DNA from: Pyrinomonadaceae bacterium | Lineage (GTDB): Bacteria; Acidobacteriota; Blastocatellia; Pyrinomonadales; Pyrinomonadaceae | Assembly: GCA_963720235.1 (NCBI GenBank) | Contig: OY970389.1 | Location: 5,362,970 to 5,426,969 of the forward strand | Reading direction: 5' to 3' | Length of the DNA: 64,000 bases | Shown: in pieces, positions 1 to 8,857 of the stretch | Layout: each line of letters opens with the position of its first letter | How positions within the stretch are numbered: the stretch's first letter is position 1 | Notes under the pieces: model-generated | Seen by the model: only the letters and a program-made list of their open reading frames with translations | What the model was told of the DNA's origin: nothing | Database searches by the model: none | Translations under genes and position numbers: made by a program

Positions 1-61
1 TACGGACTGAAAGACTGGGTGTGGGACGACACAGTTAGAGGTTTGTAACCCTGTCTCCTGA

Positions 62-457
62 CTACTTCGCGGCGAACTTCTTCCTAAGCTCCTTCAGCCT
101 GTCCTTATAGATGTTTTGGAAGAACTCGCTCTTGATGTCAGCAATCTCCTTCTCGTATTCAGCCAAAATCACAACGGCGGACGCCTTGTGGAGTTCGATG
201 GCTTTATCAATTGACTTGATCCGATCCTGTTTTTCCTTGTCTTCCTCGTACTTCTTACGATCCGTTTTCAACTCTTCAATCAGACGCAGTAAGCCCTCTA
301 ACGCCATGTCTTTCCCGTTCATCAGGGTAGTTGTGTCTTCTGCTCTGGCTATCGCCGCGAGCACAGCCGTCATCAAGTCGGCGAGCAGGATGTGCGTCGC
401 CCCAAGCTCCGTTGCCGGAGTTTGCACGCTTATCTTATCTGTTGTCGCCATTGTCAT
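62..457 (-). CDS. hypothetical small helical/coiled-coil protein (131 aa)
   Basis: Intact ORF. AAGGAG Shine-Dalgarno lies just upstream (revcomp of 461-466). The C-terminal half is K/E-rich and heptad-like. No family motif recognised. Confidence 0.5.
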   Translation of the reverse strand: MTMATTDKISVQTPATELGATHILLADLMTAVLAAIARAEDTTTLMNGKDMALEGLLRLIEELKTDRKKYEEDKEKQDRIKSIDKAIELHKASAVVILAEYEKEIADIKSEFFQNIYKDRLKELRKKFAAK

Positions 458-608
458 TATCTCCTTTTCGTGGTTTTTCAGCTTCAGGACTCAATTGTTC
501 GCGCTTCTTTCAATAGCGCTCTGCGCGTGGAAGAGGAACAGCATCGCAAATTATCTGAAAGATTGGGTGCTGTCTTTGCCGTTCCAGACGCCGAATCCGC
601 ATCTAATC

Positions 609-2558
609 CTAGTTTCCTGATTTCCGCACGGGAGTCCGGTACTGCGGGCCGCAAATCATTCCCGGCAGACACTCATTCTGATTGCACTCATACTCGCTCG
701 CATCGTAGAGGCCGTTGCAGTTTCTATCATAGTAGAAGCCGCTGCAATCGGGCGACTGGCCCGGATTGATGAACGGGTCGTTGTCGTCGCAATCCGAGTA
801 GATGTCCCAGCCATCGTTGTCATTGTCCGGCGGCGGCGCGGGCGGCAACTCGCCGACTGCGACGCCGACTGAATCCCATGCCGCAGCCGTCGAAGCGAAC
901 TGCACACTGTTGCGACCATAGAGGTCTTGCGCGGCATTGAGAGTGGCGAGCCGCGAATCGCGGAAGGTGGCATAGCCCGTCACGCCCGTCACAAGACCAC
1001 GAAAGAATATCAACTCCGCCGTGCGGCGATTCACGCCCGTGATGTTGTAACCGTTGTTGCTGCCGCCTTCTGCCAAAAGGTAAAAGGCTTTGTTCTGTAT
1101 GCCGCCGTTCGAGTGCGGCGCGCGTGCGGGTGAATACTGGCTGAAGTGGTCAATGCTGATGCCATCAGCCGGTGGGTTCGAGAGATAACGCAGAGCATCG
1201 CCGCCCACGCCAGGCGTGAACGCCTGCTCGCCAATCCGGTAAAAGTCAAAGCGACTGACAAACATCTCGACGGCTGTGCCGAAGATGTCCGAGAAGGATT
1301 CGTGCAGCGCGCCCGACTGCCCGTAATAATCATAAATCAAGCCCGCGCGCTTCTCGCAAACTCCGTGCGTCATCTCATGTGCATAGATGTCCAGAGAAAC
1401 GAGCGGATACCAGTTCACAAAATCTCCGTTGCCGAATGTGACGTTGTAACCATTCCAGAATGCGTCATTATAGTTGTAGCCATAGTTGGTGCGGTTGTAC
1501 AACTGATAGCCGTAACCGTTGATGCCCTGAAGACCATGCACGAAGCGATAGTAATCGTGCGAGTAGCAGGCTGCCATGTGAACGTCAGCCCCTATGGTTT
1601 CATAGTTAAATGAATAGTTGCCGAACTCCGAATCGCCGCTGTCAATGACCGTTCCGTTGCCACCCGTGCCGCCGTTCATGTTGGTCGTCGTCGTGCCAAA
1701 GCGGTCGTTGGCAATCAGTTTGTAATTGCCCCAGAAGTTGCGGTCAACAGTGAAGTTCACGCGTCCGCTGTAGAGCGTGTGGCCTGTGCCGATGCGGTCG
1801 GCGTGGGCCAGAGCGTTGTAATGCCAGACGACGCTGCCATCCTTTGCGTTTATGAAGTAGAAATGGCGCGCAGTATTTTCTGCGGTTCCGTCTTCAACCA
1901 GCAACTCGACCATGTATGTGAGGGTCGCGCCGGACTTTTTGCTTTGCCCCTCGCTCTGGACCAATTCATCCGGCAAGACGACCAGCTTTGCTTGCGGTTG
2001 GATGGCAAACTCGCCCGTGTAGCCGAGCGATGCGCGTGCCGCTTCGACTGCCTGCGTCCGATTCAAAGTCGGCGAAGTGTCAATCGAGCTGGCCTGCTTG
2101 AAGATTCTGCCATAGACGCGGTCTGCTCTCTTGCCGCGCACCTTCGTGATGATTTGTCCGCCGTGAACTGGAACGCCGTTGACCACTTGTTGCAGCCGCA
2201 GGTGAGTCTGATGCAAATCGTCTTCTTCTGCGCTGCTGAGTTTTAGTTCCGCTTCGGCATTGCGCAGTCCGAGCGCTTTGCCTTCGGGCGATTGTTTGAG
2301 GAATGTGAGACTCCGCTCGACGGCGACGTTGACCCATTCGGGCCGCTCGGCGTTATCCGCTCCGCGCTGAGTCGCGCCCGCTTCCTGTCGCAAGGGCAGG
2401 AGTGTTCCCGGCTCTGCGCGGAATGACTTCGTCGGTTTACCCTTCGTCAAATTATTTTCATTTTGGTTGTTAATAGTATTCTGCGCCGATGCCGCTGGCC
2501 GCAGAACAGGCACAATGCACAGGCTGAGGATGCTGAGTGTAACGAGGATTCTTCTCAT
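609..2558 (-). CDS. secreted M4 (thermolysin-like) zinc metalloprotease with propeptide and Cys/Asp-rich C-terminal module
   Basis: N-terminal signal peptide (MRRILVTLSILSLCIVPVLRPAASAQ). HExxH in YAHEMTHGV, followed about 20 aa later by GALHESFSDIFG, the thermolysin third-ligand Glu motif. Confidence 0.85.
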   Translation of the reverse strand: MRRILVTLSILSLCIVPVLRPAASAQNTINNQNENNLTKGKPTKSFRAEPGTLLPLRQEAGATQRGADNAERPEWVNVAVERSLTFLKQSPEGKALGLRNAEAELKLSSAEEDDLHQTHLRLQQVVNGVPVHGGQIITKVRGKRADRVYGRIFKQASSIDTSPTLNRTQAVEAARASLGYTGEFAIQPQAKLVVLPDELVQSEGQSKKSGATLTYMVELLVEDGTAENTARHFYFINAKDGSVVWHYNALAHADRIGTGHTLYSGRVNFTVDRNFWGNYKLIANDRFGTTTTNMNGGTGGNGTVIDSGDSEFGNYSFNYETIGADVHMAACYSHDYYRFVHGLQGINGYGYQLYNRTNYGYNYNDAFWNGYNVTFGNGDFVNWYPLVSLDIYAHEMTHGVCEKRAGLIYDYYGQSGALHESFSDIFGTAVEMFVSRFDFYRIGEQAFTPGVGGDALRYLSNPPADGISIDHFSQYSPARAPHSNGGIQNKAFYLLAEGGSNNGYNITGVNRRTAELIFFRGLVTGVTGYATFRDSRLATLNAAQDLYGRNSVQFASTAAAWDSVGVAVGELPPAPPPDNDNDGWDIYSDCDDNDPFINPGQSPDCSGFYYDRNCNGLYDASEYECNQNECLPGMICGPQYRTPVRKSGN

Positions 2559-3220
2559 GCTTTCTCCTTATGAGGTGTAAAACAATCAGCAGTTATTTCG
2601 CGCGTGGCTTGAGGCACATTTGGACTGCGAAAAGCAAGTGAGTTGCTTTTACGCACACAGAGATACGCCGGGCAAAAAAAACTGCGTGACAAATGTTTGG
2701 GGGTTTGAGTTTTAAGATTATCCGTTGAGACTTATGTGAGAGCCTCGCGGGACGAAAATGCGAACGACGCAATATAAACGTCTTGACGCGGATTGGCAAT
2801 AACTATTTGGTGGCGAAAGCGGCTATATGACGGCGTAAATGGCTAAAAGATAGTCAGCATGCTTTTCATCTTCATGCCGCACGCAACTGTTAGTCATAAG
2901 CGAAAGAAATTGTCAGCAGGCAGGAATAAATCTCAAACCTTCACGTCTTGATAATTCGAACAGTCGTGCCGGTGCGGCTCCTTCAAACGAAAGATAATTG
3001 CACTTGTCTGAGCAGAAAGAGTGGATTTCTGTGTATGTCAACCGGCTAAATTTAGCCCGGTTAGTTGAGGAAGCTTTATCGCCCCTCGCAAATGGCGAGA
3101 GAGCTTCCTGACAACAAGACCTCCGCCGCACTTTGATGCAAGGATACATTTGGGCTGGAGGACTATCCTTGCACAAAGCTGCGGCGGTGGCTCAAAACCT
3201 TTGGGGAAGGAGAGTCATTA

Positions 3221-5062
3221 ATGAAAGGCTTAAAGAGTTATTTCCTCGCGTTGAGCATTTTCGCTTTCGTGTTAGCCCCGATGTTAGCGATAGGTCAATC
3301 AAACGCAGACGAGAGCAGAGCTTACTCACCGGAGTTTTCACCGCTCGTGACTTCTCGCACGCGCCCGCAGCAAGAGTCGCTTGCGCCGCAAACAAAATTC
3401 CGCAAAGCTGAAAGAGCGATTCCGAACAGATACATCGTCGTGCTCAATGACGATGCCGTTTCCAGTTCATCGCTGAGGACGCGGCGCGCGAAGGTCAATG
3501 AGATTGCCAAAAATTTCGCACGGCTCTACGCCGGAAAAGTCGGCTTTATATACGAGACCGCAATCAAAGGTTTTTCAGTTGAACTCTCAAGTGAAGAGTT
3601 AGCGATTGCTATCAGTCAACACCCGCAGGTCAAGTATGTCGAAGAGGTTGGAAGCTTTTATCCTTCGGCCATTCAGTTCAATCCTCCGTGGGGATTGGAT
3701 CGCATTGACCAGATGTCTTTGCCTCTGAATGGTCAGTATGTGTACAACGCGACGGGCGCGGGCGTCACGGCTTATGTCATAGACAGCGGCATCAGGTGGA
3801 CGCATGCGGATTTCGGCGGGCGTGCTTCGATTGCTGCTGATTTTATACATCCAGCCGCAGAGCAGCCCTGCGTTCCCACTTCGACGAACAACGATTGTTC
3901 GGGTCACGGAACTCATGTGGCGGGAACCGTCGGCGGCGCGACTTACGGCGTAGCAAAAGGCGTGACCATTCGTTCAGTCAAAGTTTGTACGGGTAATTTT
4001 CGCGGTTGCCCTTTCGATGCCATCATTGCGGGAGTTAATTTCGTCACCAACGAGCAATACGCCAATCCTTCCGTCCCGAAGGTAGCGAATATGAGCTTGG
4101 GCGGCGGAGCCAATCAAACAGTTGACGATGCCGTGAGGGTTTCTATTGACTCAGGTGTGACATACGTCCTCGCCTCAGGCAATAGCGGTCAGGATGCGAG
4201 CGGTTTCTCTCCGGCGCGTGTCGTGCAAGCCTTAACGGTCGGCGCATCCGGGCCGAGCGATCAGGGCGCGCAGTCGGGCGGCTTTTTCTTTTCCAACTTT
4301 GGCACTGTGCTCGACCTCTTTGCGCCGGGCGAAAATGTTCTCTCTGCGGGGACGAGCCACGATAATGATGCCATCTTCGCATCAGGCACATCTATGGCCT
4401 CGCCGCATGTGGCCGGTGCAGTCGCACTCTATTTGCAGGGTCGTGAAGGCACGGACTGGTGCTCGTGGCTTCCCATCTCCGGCACTTCTCCGTTCATCGG
4501 CGGGAAGATTTCAACCTGTCCTGACCGTGTGGCCCAATTTATCAAGAGCAACGCGAGTTTGAGCAAGCTCAATACCATTGGCCCAGGCTCGGCAAATCGC
4601 TTGCTCTTCACGGGCTCGCTGCCGGCGACGACCAATCCGATTGACAACCAGAGATTTTTCGTCTGGCAGCATTACGCGGATTTCCTCGTCAACGAACCCG
4701 AACCGGACGAAGGAGGATTAAACTTCTGGACGGGCAACATCACAGGCACGTGCGGGACAGGTTTCAATGACAACAACGGATGCACGCACCAAAAACGCAT
4801 AGACGTGTCGCGCGCCTTCTGGGCCGCAGCCTTCCCGTCGATTGTCACAAACGGCGGGAACCAACTGACAGACAATGCTGCGTTCGTGCATAAATGTTAT
4901 GAGGTTTACCTGCGTCGCTCTGTCTCTAGCAGCGACGGCGGTTTTCAATTCTGGCTGAACGACTTGAACCAATACGGCAATCCGGCGAATCAGAACGGCA
5001 TCAATCATCTGATAGATGCGTTCACGAGTTCGATTGAGTATCGCCAAAGATTTGGTCAGTAA
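3221..5062 (+). CDS. secreted S8 subtilisin/proteinase-K-like serine protease with I9-type propeptide and two DUF4214-like C-terminal repeats
   Basis: Signal peptide present. Catalytic triad motifs are YVIDSGI (Asp), HGTHVAGT (His) and GTSMASPHVAG (Ser). The C-terminal FVWQHYADFL...GLNFW and FVHKCYEVYL...GFQFW...SIEYRQRF segments resemble DUF4214. Confidence 0.85.
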   Translation: MKGLKSYFLALSIFAFVLAPMLAIGQSNADESRAYSPEFSPLVTSRTRPQQESLAPQTKFRKAERAIPNRYIVVLNDDAVSSSSLRTRRAKVNEIAKNFARLYAGKVGFIYETAIKGFSVELSSEELAIAISQHPQVKYVEEVGSFYPSAIQFNPPWGLDRIDQMSLPLNGQYVYNATGAGVTAYVIDSGIRWTHADFGGRASIAADFIHPAAEQPCVPTSTNNDCSGHGTHVAGTVGGATYGVAKGVTIRSVKVCTGNFRGCPFDAIIAGVNFVTNEQYANPSVPKVANMSLGGGANQTVDDAVRVSIDSGVTYVLASGNSGQDASGFSPARVVQALTVGASGPSDQGAQSGGFFFSNFGTVLDLFAPGENVLSAGTSHDNDAIFASGTSMASPHVAGAVALYLQGREGTDWCSWLPISGTSPFIGGKISTCPDRVAQFIKSNASLSKLNTIGPGSANRLLFTGSLPATTNPIDNQRFFVWQHYADFLVNEPEPDEGGLNFWTGNITGTCGTGFNDNNGCTHQKRIDVSRAFWAAAFPSIVTNGGNQLTDNAAFVHKCYEVYLRRSVSSSDGGFQFWLNDLNQYGNPANQNGINHLIDAFTSSIEYRQRFGQ

Positions 5063-5088
5063 GAAAAATTCGTTTGGTCAAACTATAC

Positions 5089-5122
5089 GACAAGGGCGCG
5101 AGTTCCAAACTCGCGCCCTGTC
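5089..5122. terminator. GC-rich hairpin between convergent genes (bidirectional terminator candidate)
   Basis: gacaagggcgcgag / ttccaaa / ctcgcgccctgtc forms a 13-14 bp stem. It lies 27 nt after the S8 protease stop and 22 nt after the stop of the small minus-strand lipoprotein ORF. Confidence 0.55.
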
Positions 5123-5143
5123 ATGTAAAGAATTGCGGATTGT

Positions 5144-5305
5144 CTATACGTACCGCGTGCCGTCTGCAAGTGGAATTCCGTCCGCAATCTCTGCGCCGTT
5201 TATTGTTCCCTGATTTGCGGGCTGCTGCTCGGACATCAGTCCGCTACAGCCTGCGATGAAAACGATGGTCGTGAAAAGTATAATCACCAGCATGCGTGCT
5301 CTCAT
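5144..5305 (-). CDS. small lipoprotein (53 aa), below the ORF-track length cutoff
   Basis: Translates as MRARMLVIILFTTIVFIAGCSGLMSEQQPANQGTINGAEIADGIPLADGTRYV. It has a lipobox (IAGC). A strong AGGAGG lies 6 nt upstream of the ATG (revcomp of 5312-5317). The 5089-5122 hairpin follows it. Confidence 0.5.
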   Translation of the reverse strand: MRARMLVIILFTTIVFIAGCSGLMSEQQPANQGTINGAEIADGIPLADGTRYV

Positions 5306-5525
5306 TGGACAACCTCCTGTTGACGATTGTTTGAGATAGTTAGACGTGTAGATTTAGCATTTATTCGTGCATTGCACTACAAAATTTTTCACGCGCCGAA
5401 TGGTCTGAATTTATTCCTTTGATTCGCAGAACCATTTCGCAGTAAAAGAACAAAGGGAATAATCACGAAAGTGATTGAAAACCTCGCGTCCCGATCACCC
5501 AATGTTGCTTGAAAGGAATTTTCTC

Positions 5526-8504
5526 ATGTCTCATAGAAAGTATCGCCTCATACCCATTTGTGCATTGTGCCTTGCTGTTTTTCTGGCCGGTCTCAGACCT
5601 GTGCCGGTCTTTGCGCAAGCGTCCGTCGAGGAAAAGTTCGCGGCAGAATTATTGGCTGCGAAGAACGAAGAGGAGCGCAAGCTGCTGCTCGACCGCAATG
5701 CGGAGAAAGTGACGCCCGCGCTCGTCAGGGAATTTAACAAGCAGGGCAAGGCTCTCTTCGGACAAAGCAAGTTTGCACAGGCGCAGAGCATTTACGAAAT
5801 CGGCTTGAGCATCGCCGCGCGTCTTGATGATAAGACGGGCGCGTCCCTGATTTTAATCGGCGTGGGAAACGCGCATTACGTTGTGGGCGAGTACGCGAAA
5901 GCTATGGAGTCGTATCAGTGCAGTCTCAAACTGGCGGAAGAAGCCGCGAGTAAAGCTGATATGGCGCGCGCGCTCGGCAATATCGGCGTCGTCTATCGCC
6001 AGCAAGGCAATCACAAGCAAGCCTTGGAGATGTATCTCAGAAGTTTGAAGTTGCGCGAAGAGTTGGGAGACAAACTGGGCCTCACAACTGTGCTCAGCAA
6101 CATCGGCGGCATCTACTATTATCAGGGCGATTTCGCGCGCGCGGTTGAGTATCAAATGCGCGCTCTGAAAATTTCCGAAGAGATTGGAGACAAGCCCGGC
6201 ATAGCTCACGCCCACAGCACTCTCGCCAGCGTCTATCTGCTTCAGGGAGACTACGCGCGTGCGCTCGACATGCGCCAGAAGAGCTTGAAGATGTATGAAG
6301 AGCTTGGCGATAAACCGGGCATCACGCATGTCCTCATCAGCATCGGGCAGATTTATTACGAGCACGGCAATTACGAGCAGTCGTTGGAGTTTTATCAGAG
6401 AGCCCTGCAACTCGCCACCGAAATCGGAGGCAAGTCAAACATCGCCGGAGCTTTCAATAACATCGGCAACGTGCATTATTCGCTGAACAACTACGAACAG
6501 GCTTTGGAGTTTTATCAGAAGAGTTTGAAGATGTATGAAGAACTCGGAGAGAAAACCAGCATCGCCATGTCTTTGAATAACATGGGGACGATTTATCACG
6601 AGCAGGGGAATTACACGCGCGCTCTTGAGGTTTTGCAGCAGAGCAACAAGATTGCGGAAGAGATTGGCTACGACCATGTGATTGCAAGTTCGCTCACCAA
6701 CATCGCCAACAATTATCAAGACCTCGGCAAATACGAGGCTGCGTTAGAGCATGCGAGTCGCGCCGTCGCGCGCACACGCCAGAGCGATAACATGGGCGTC
6801 TTGTGGCAATCGTTGACGACGTTTGGTAAAGCGCAGATGTCGCTTAACCAGTACGAGCCCGCACAAAAATCTTTCCTCGAAGCGATTGCCATTATCGAGA
6901 AGATGCGCGGGCAGACAGCCGGAGGCGAGCAGGGACAGCAACGCTTCTTTGAAAACAAAGTCCTGCCTTACTACGCGATGGTGGATTTGCTCATCAAGCA
7001 AAAGGACGCGGCGCAAGCTCTGCTCTATGCGGAACGCGCGAAAGGCCGCGTGCTGCTCGACGTGCTCAGCAGCGGCAGAGTCAACATCACGAAAGCGATG
7101 ACTCAGGACGAGCTTGCCAGAGACCGCGAGTTGACCGCCGAAATGGTCTCGCTCAACTCACAAATCTCGCGTCTCAAATCCGACACGGCTTCGCCTGAAC
7201 TGGCAGCACTCACGGCGCGGCTGGAAAAAGCGCGGCTCGAATATGAAAACTTTCAACTGAATCTCTATGCCGCGCACCCTGAATTGAAAGTGAGCCGGGG
7301 ACAGGCTCACACGCTCAAGCTCGACGAAGCGGCAAAGCTCTTGCCGGATGAGAAGACAGCTTTGTTTGAATATGTGATTGGCGACAACAATTCTTATCTC
7401 TTCGTCATCACGAAGGCTGCGAGCGATGGTCAGCCCGTCACGCTGAAAGTTTATCCGCTCGGCATCAAGGCTCAGGAATTAACGAAGCTCTCAGAGAACT
7501 TTCGCCAGCGCGTAGCCGAACGCGACCTGACAATCAAAACTCCTGCGCGCGGGCTCTATGACCTGCTCGTCAAACCCGCAGAGAAGCAACTGCAAGGAGT
7601 GAATAAATTAGTCATCGTCCCCGACGGGCCTTTGTGGGAGCTTCCTTTTCAGGCTTTGCATCGCGGCCAGACTGGATACCTGTTGGAAGATTATGCAGTC
7701 TCTTATGCTCATTCGCTCAGCGTGCTGCGCGAAATGGACAGGAAGGCCGCAGCCTTCAAGACTGCGCGCAAGGGGCCGCAAACTATTCTTGCCAGAAGAG
7801 CTCCGACAAAAGTTTCTCTTTCCGAAAACTTTATGCCGCAGTTGTTCGCGCTTGGCAATCCGGTGCTGAGCGGGGAAAAGGTTGCGAAGGCCAACTCGCT
7901 GCGCGGAGATGAATCGCTTAGCCCTTTGCCGCACGCTGAAAGAGAAGTCAACACGCTCGGCAAGCTTTACGGCAGCACGAGAAGCAAAGTGCTCATCGGT
8001 GACAAAGCGACGGAAGAACAGGTGAAAGCAGAAGCAGGGAAATACCTGCTCTTACACTTTGCCACACACGCGATTCTTGATGACCGCAATCCGATGTACT
8101 CGCGCATTATGCTGTCACAGCCCGTTGATAAAGCTCTGGAAGACGGTTTGCTGGAAGCCTGGGAATTGATGAAGCTTGACCTGACGGCAGAGATGGCTGT
8201 GTTGTCTGCGTGCCAGACGGCGCGCGGGCGCGTCGGGGCAGGCGAAGGAATGATTGGAATGTCCTGGTCTTTATTTGTCGCCGGATGCCCGACGGTGGTT
8301 GTCAGCCAGTGGAAGGTGGACTCTGCGCGGACAACAGATTTGATGCTTGAGTTCCATCGCAATCTGCTGCGCCGCAAACCGGACGGCGAACCCGCTCTGA
8401 CAAAAGCGGAAGCGTTGCGGGAAGCGTCCTTGAAACTGCTGCGCGGTCAATATAATCATCCGGTTTACTGGGCAGGATTTGTTTTGATAGGCAACGAAAA
8501 ATAG
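5526..8504 (+). CDS. exported TPR-repeat / CHAT-domain (caspase-like) protein
   Basis: About 10 tandem 40-aa TPR units (pattern ...GNxxxALExYxxSLKxxEELGDK...). The C-terminal CHAT domain carries LLHFATHA (His) and LSACQTA (Cys). The track ORF starts at TTG 5475; I prefer ATG 5526 (AAGGA SD), which gives signal peptide MSHRKYRLIPICALCLAVFLAGLRPVPVFA-QA. Confidence 0.85.
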   Translation: MSHRKYRLIPICALCLAVFLAGLRPVPVFAQASVEEKFAAELLAAKNEEERKLLLDRNAEKVTPALVREFNKQGKALFGQSKFAQAQSIYEIGLSIAARLDDKTGASLILIGVGNAHYVVGEYAKAMESYQCSLKLAEEAASKADMARALGNIGVVYRQQGNHKQALEMYLRSLKLREELGDKLGLTTVLSNIGGIYYYQGDFARAVEYQMRALKISEEIGDKPGIAHAHSTLASVYLLQGDYARALDMRQKSLKMYEELGDKPGITHVLISIGQIYYEHGNYEQSLEFYQRALQLATEIGGKSNIAGAFNNIGNVHYSLNNYEQALEFYQKSLKMYEELGEKTSIAMSLNNMGTIYHEQGNYTRALEVLQQSNKIAEEIGYDHVIASSLTNIANNYQDLGKYEAALEHASRAVARTRQSDNMGVLWQSLTTFGKAQMSLNQYEPAQKSFLEAIAIIEKMRGQTAGGEQGQQRFFENKVLPYYAMVDLLIKQKDAAQALLYAERAKGRVLLDVLSSGRVNITKAMTQDELARDRELTAEMVSLNSQISRLKSDTASPELAALTARLEKARLEYENFQLNLYAAHPELKVSRGQAHTLKLDEAAKLLPDEKTALFEYVIGDNNSYLFVITKAASDGQPVTLKVYPLGIKAQELTKLSENFRQRVAERDLTIKTPARGLYDLLVKPAEKQLQGVNKLVIVPDGPLWELPFQALHRGQTGYLLEDYAVSYAHSLSVLREMDRKAAAFKTARKGPQTILARRAPTKVSLSENFMPQLFALGNPVLSGEKVAKANSLRGDESLSPLPHAEREVNTLGKLYGSTRSKVLIGDKATEEQVKAEAGKYLLLHFATHAILDDRNPMYSRIMLSQPVDKALEDGLLEAWELMKLDLTAEMAVLSACQTARGRVGAGEGMIGMSWSLFVAGCPTVVVSQWKVDSARTTDLMLEFHRNLLRRKPDGEPALTKAEALREASLKLLRGQYNHPVYWAGFVLIGNEK

Positions 8505-8544
8505 TTTAAAGACGAATGAGCCACAGATGAACGCGGATACACGC

Positions 8545-8833
8545 GAATAAGAAATAATTTAATGTGAGTTCGGCATCAGCAAAAGAGGATGCCGAATTGC
8601 AGCCCCGTGAGGGGCGACATATCAGTAGCCCGGCACGTCAGTGCCGGGACACCTGAGCCATACAACAACCAAGCCCCGTAGGGGCGGCATATTATGTCGC
8701 CCCTACGGGGCTTGTTATTTATTTTTCTTGCTTAACCCACGACTGGCGTCGTGGGCTACTGATATATCGCCCCTCACGGGCTGACAAAACCAACCCCTTC
8801 TTATCTCGAACTCACGTTAATTTATTTCTTATC
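8545..8833. repeat. family-A nested-palindrome element, copy 1 (~290 bp)
   Basis: Outer inverted repeat 8545-8572 / 8807-8833. Arms CAGCCCCGTGAGGGGCGACATATCAGTAGCCC (8599-8631) / revcomp (8752-8783). GC hairpins at 8629-8648 and 8736-8755. Central palindrome 8671-8713 built on CCCCGTAGGGG cores. Related copy at 31054-31237. Confidence 0.85.
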
Positions 8834-8857
8834 TGTCCTCTCTTTTATCACTTTGTA

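Noticed and set aside
2593-3176. Small ORFs (68-92 aa) in the 660-bp divergent region between the two protease genes
   Set aside because: They have no SD and odd composition (Cys/Arg-rich), and they overlap each other on both strands. The region is better explained as a shared regulatory region containing several short hairpins (for example 3047-3069 and 3073-3113).
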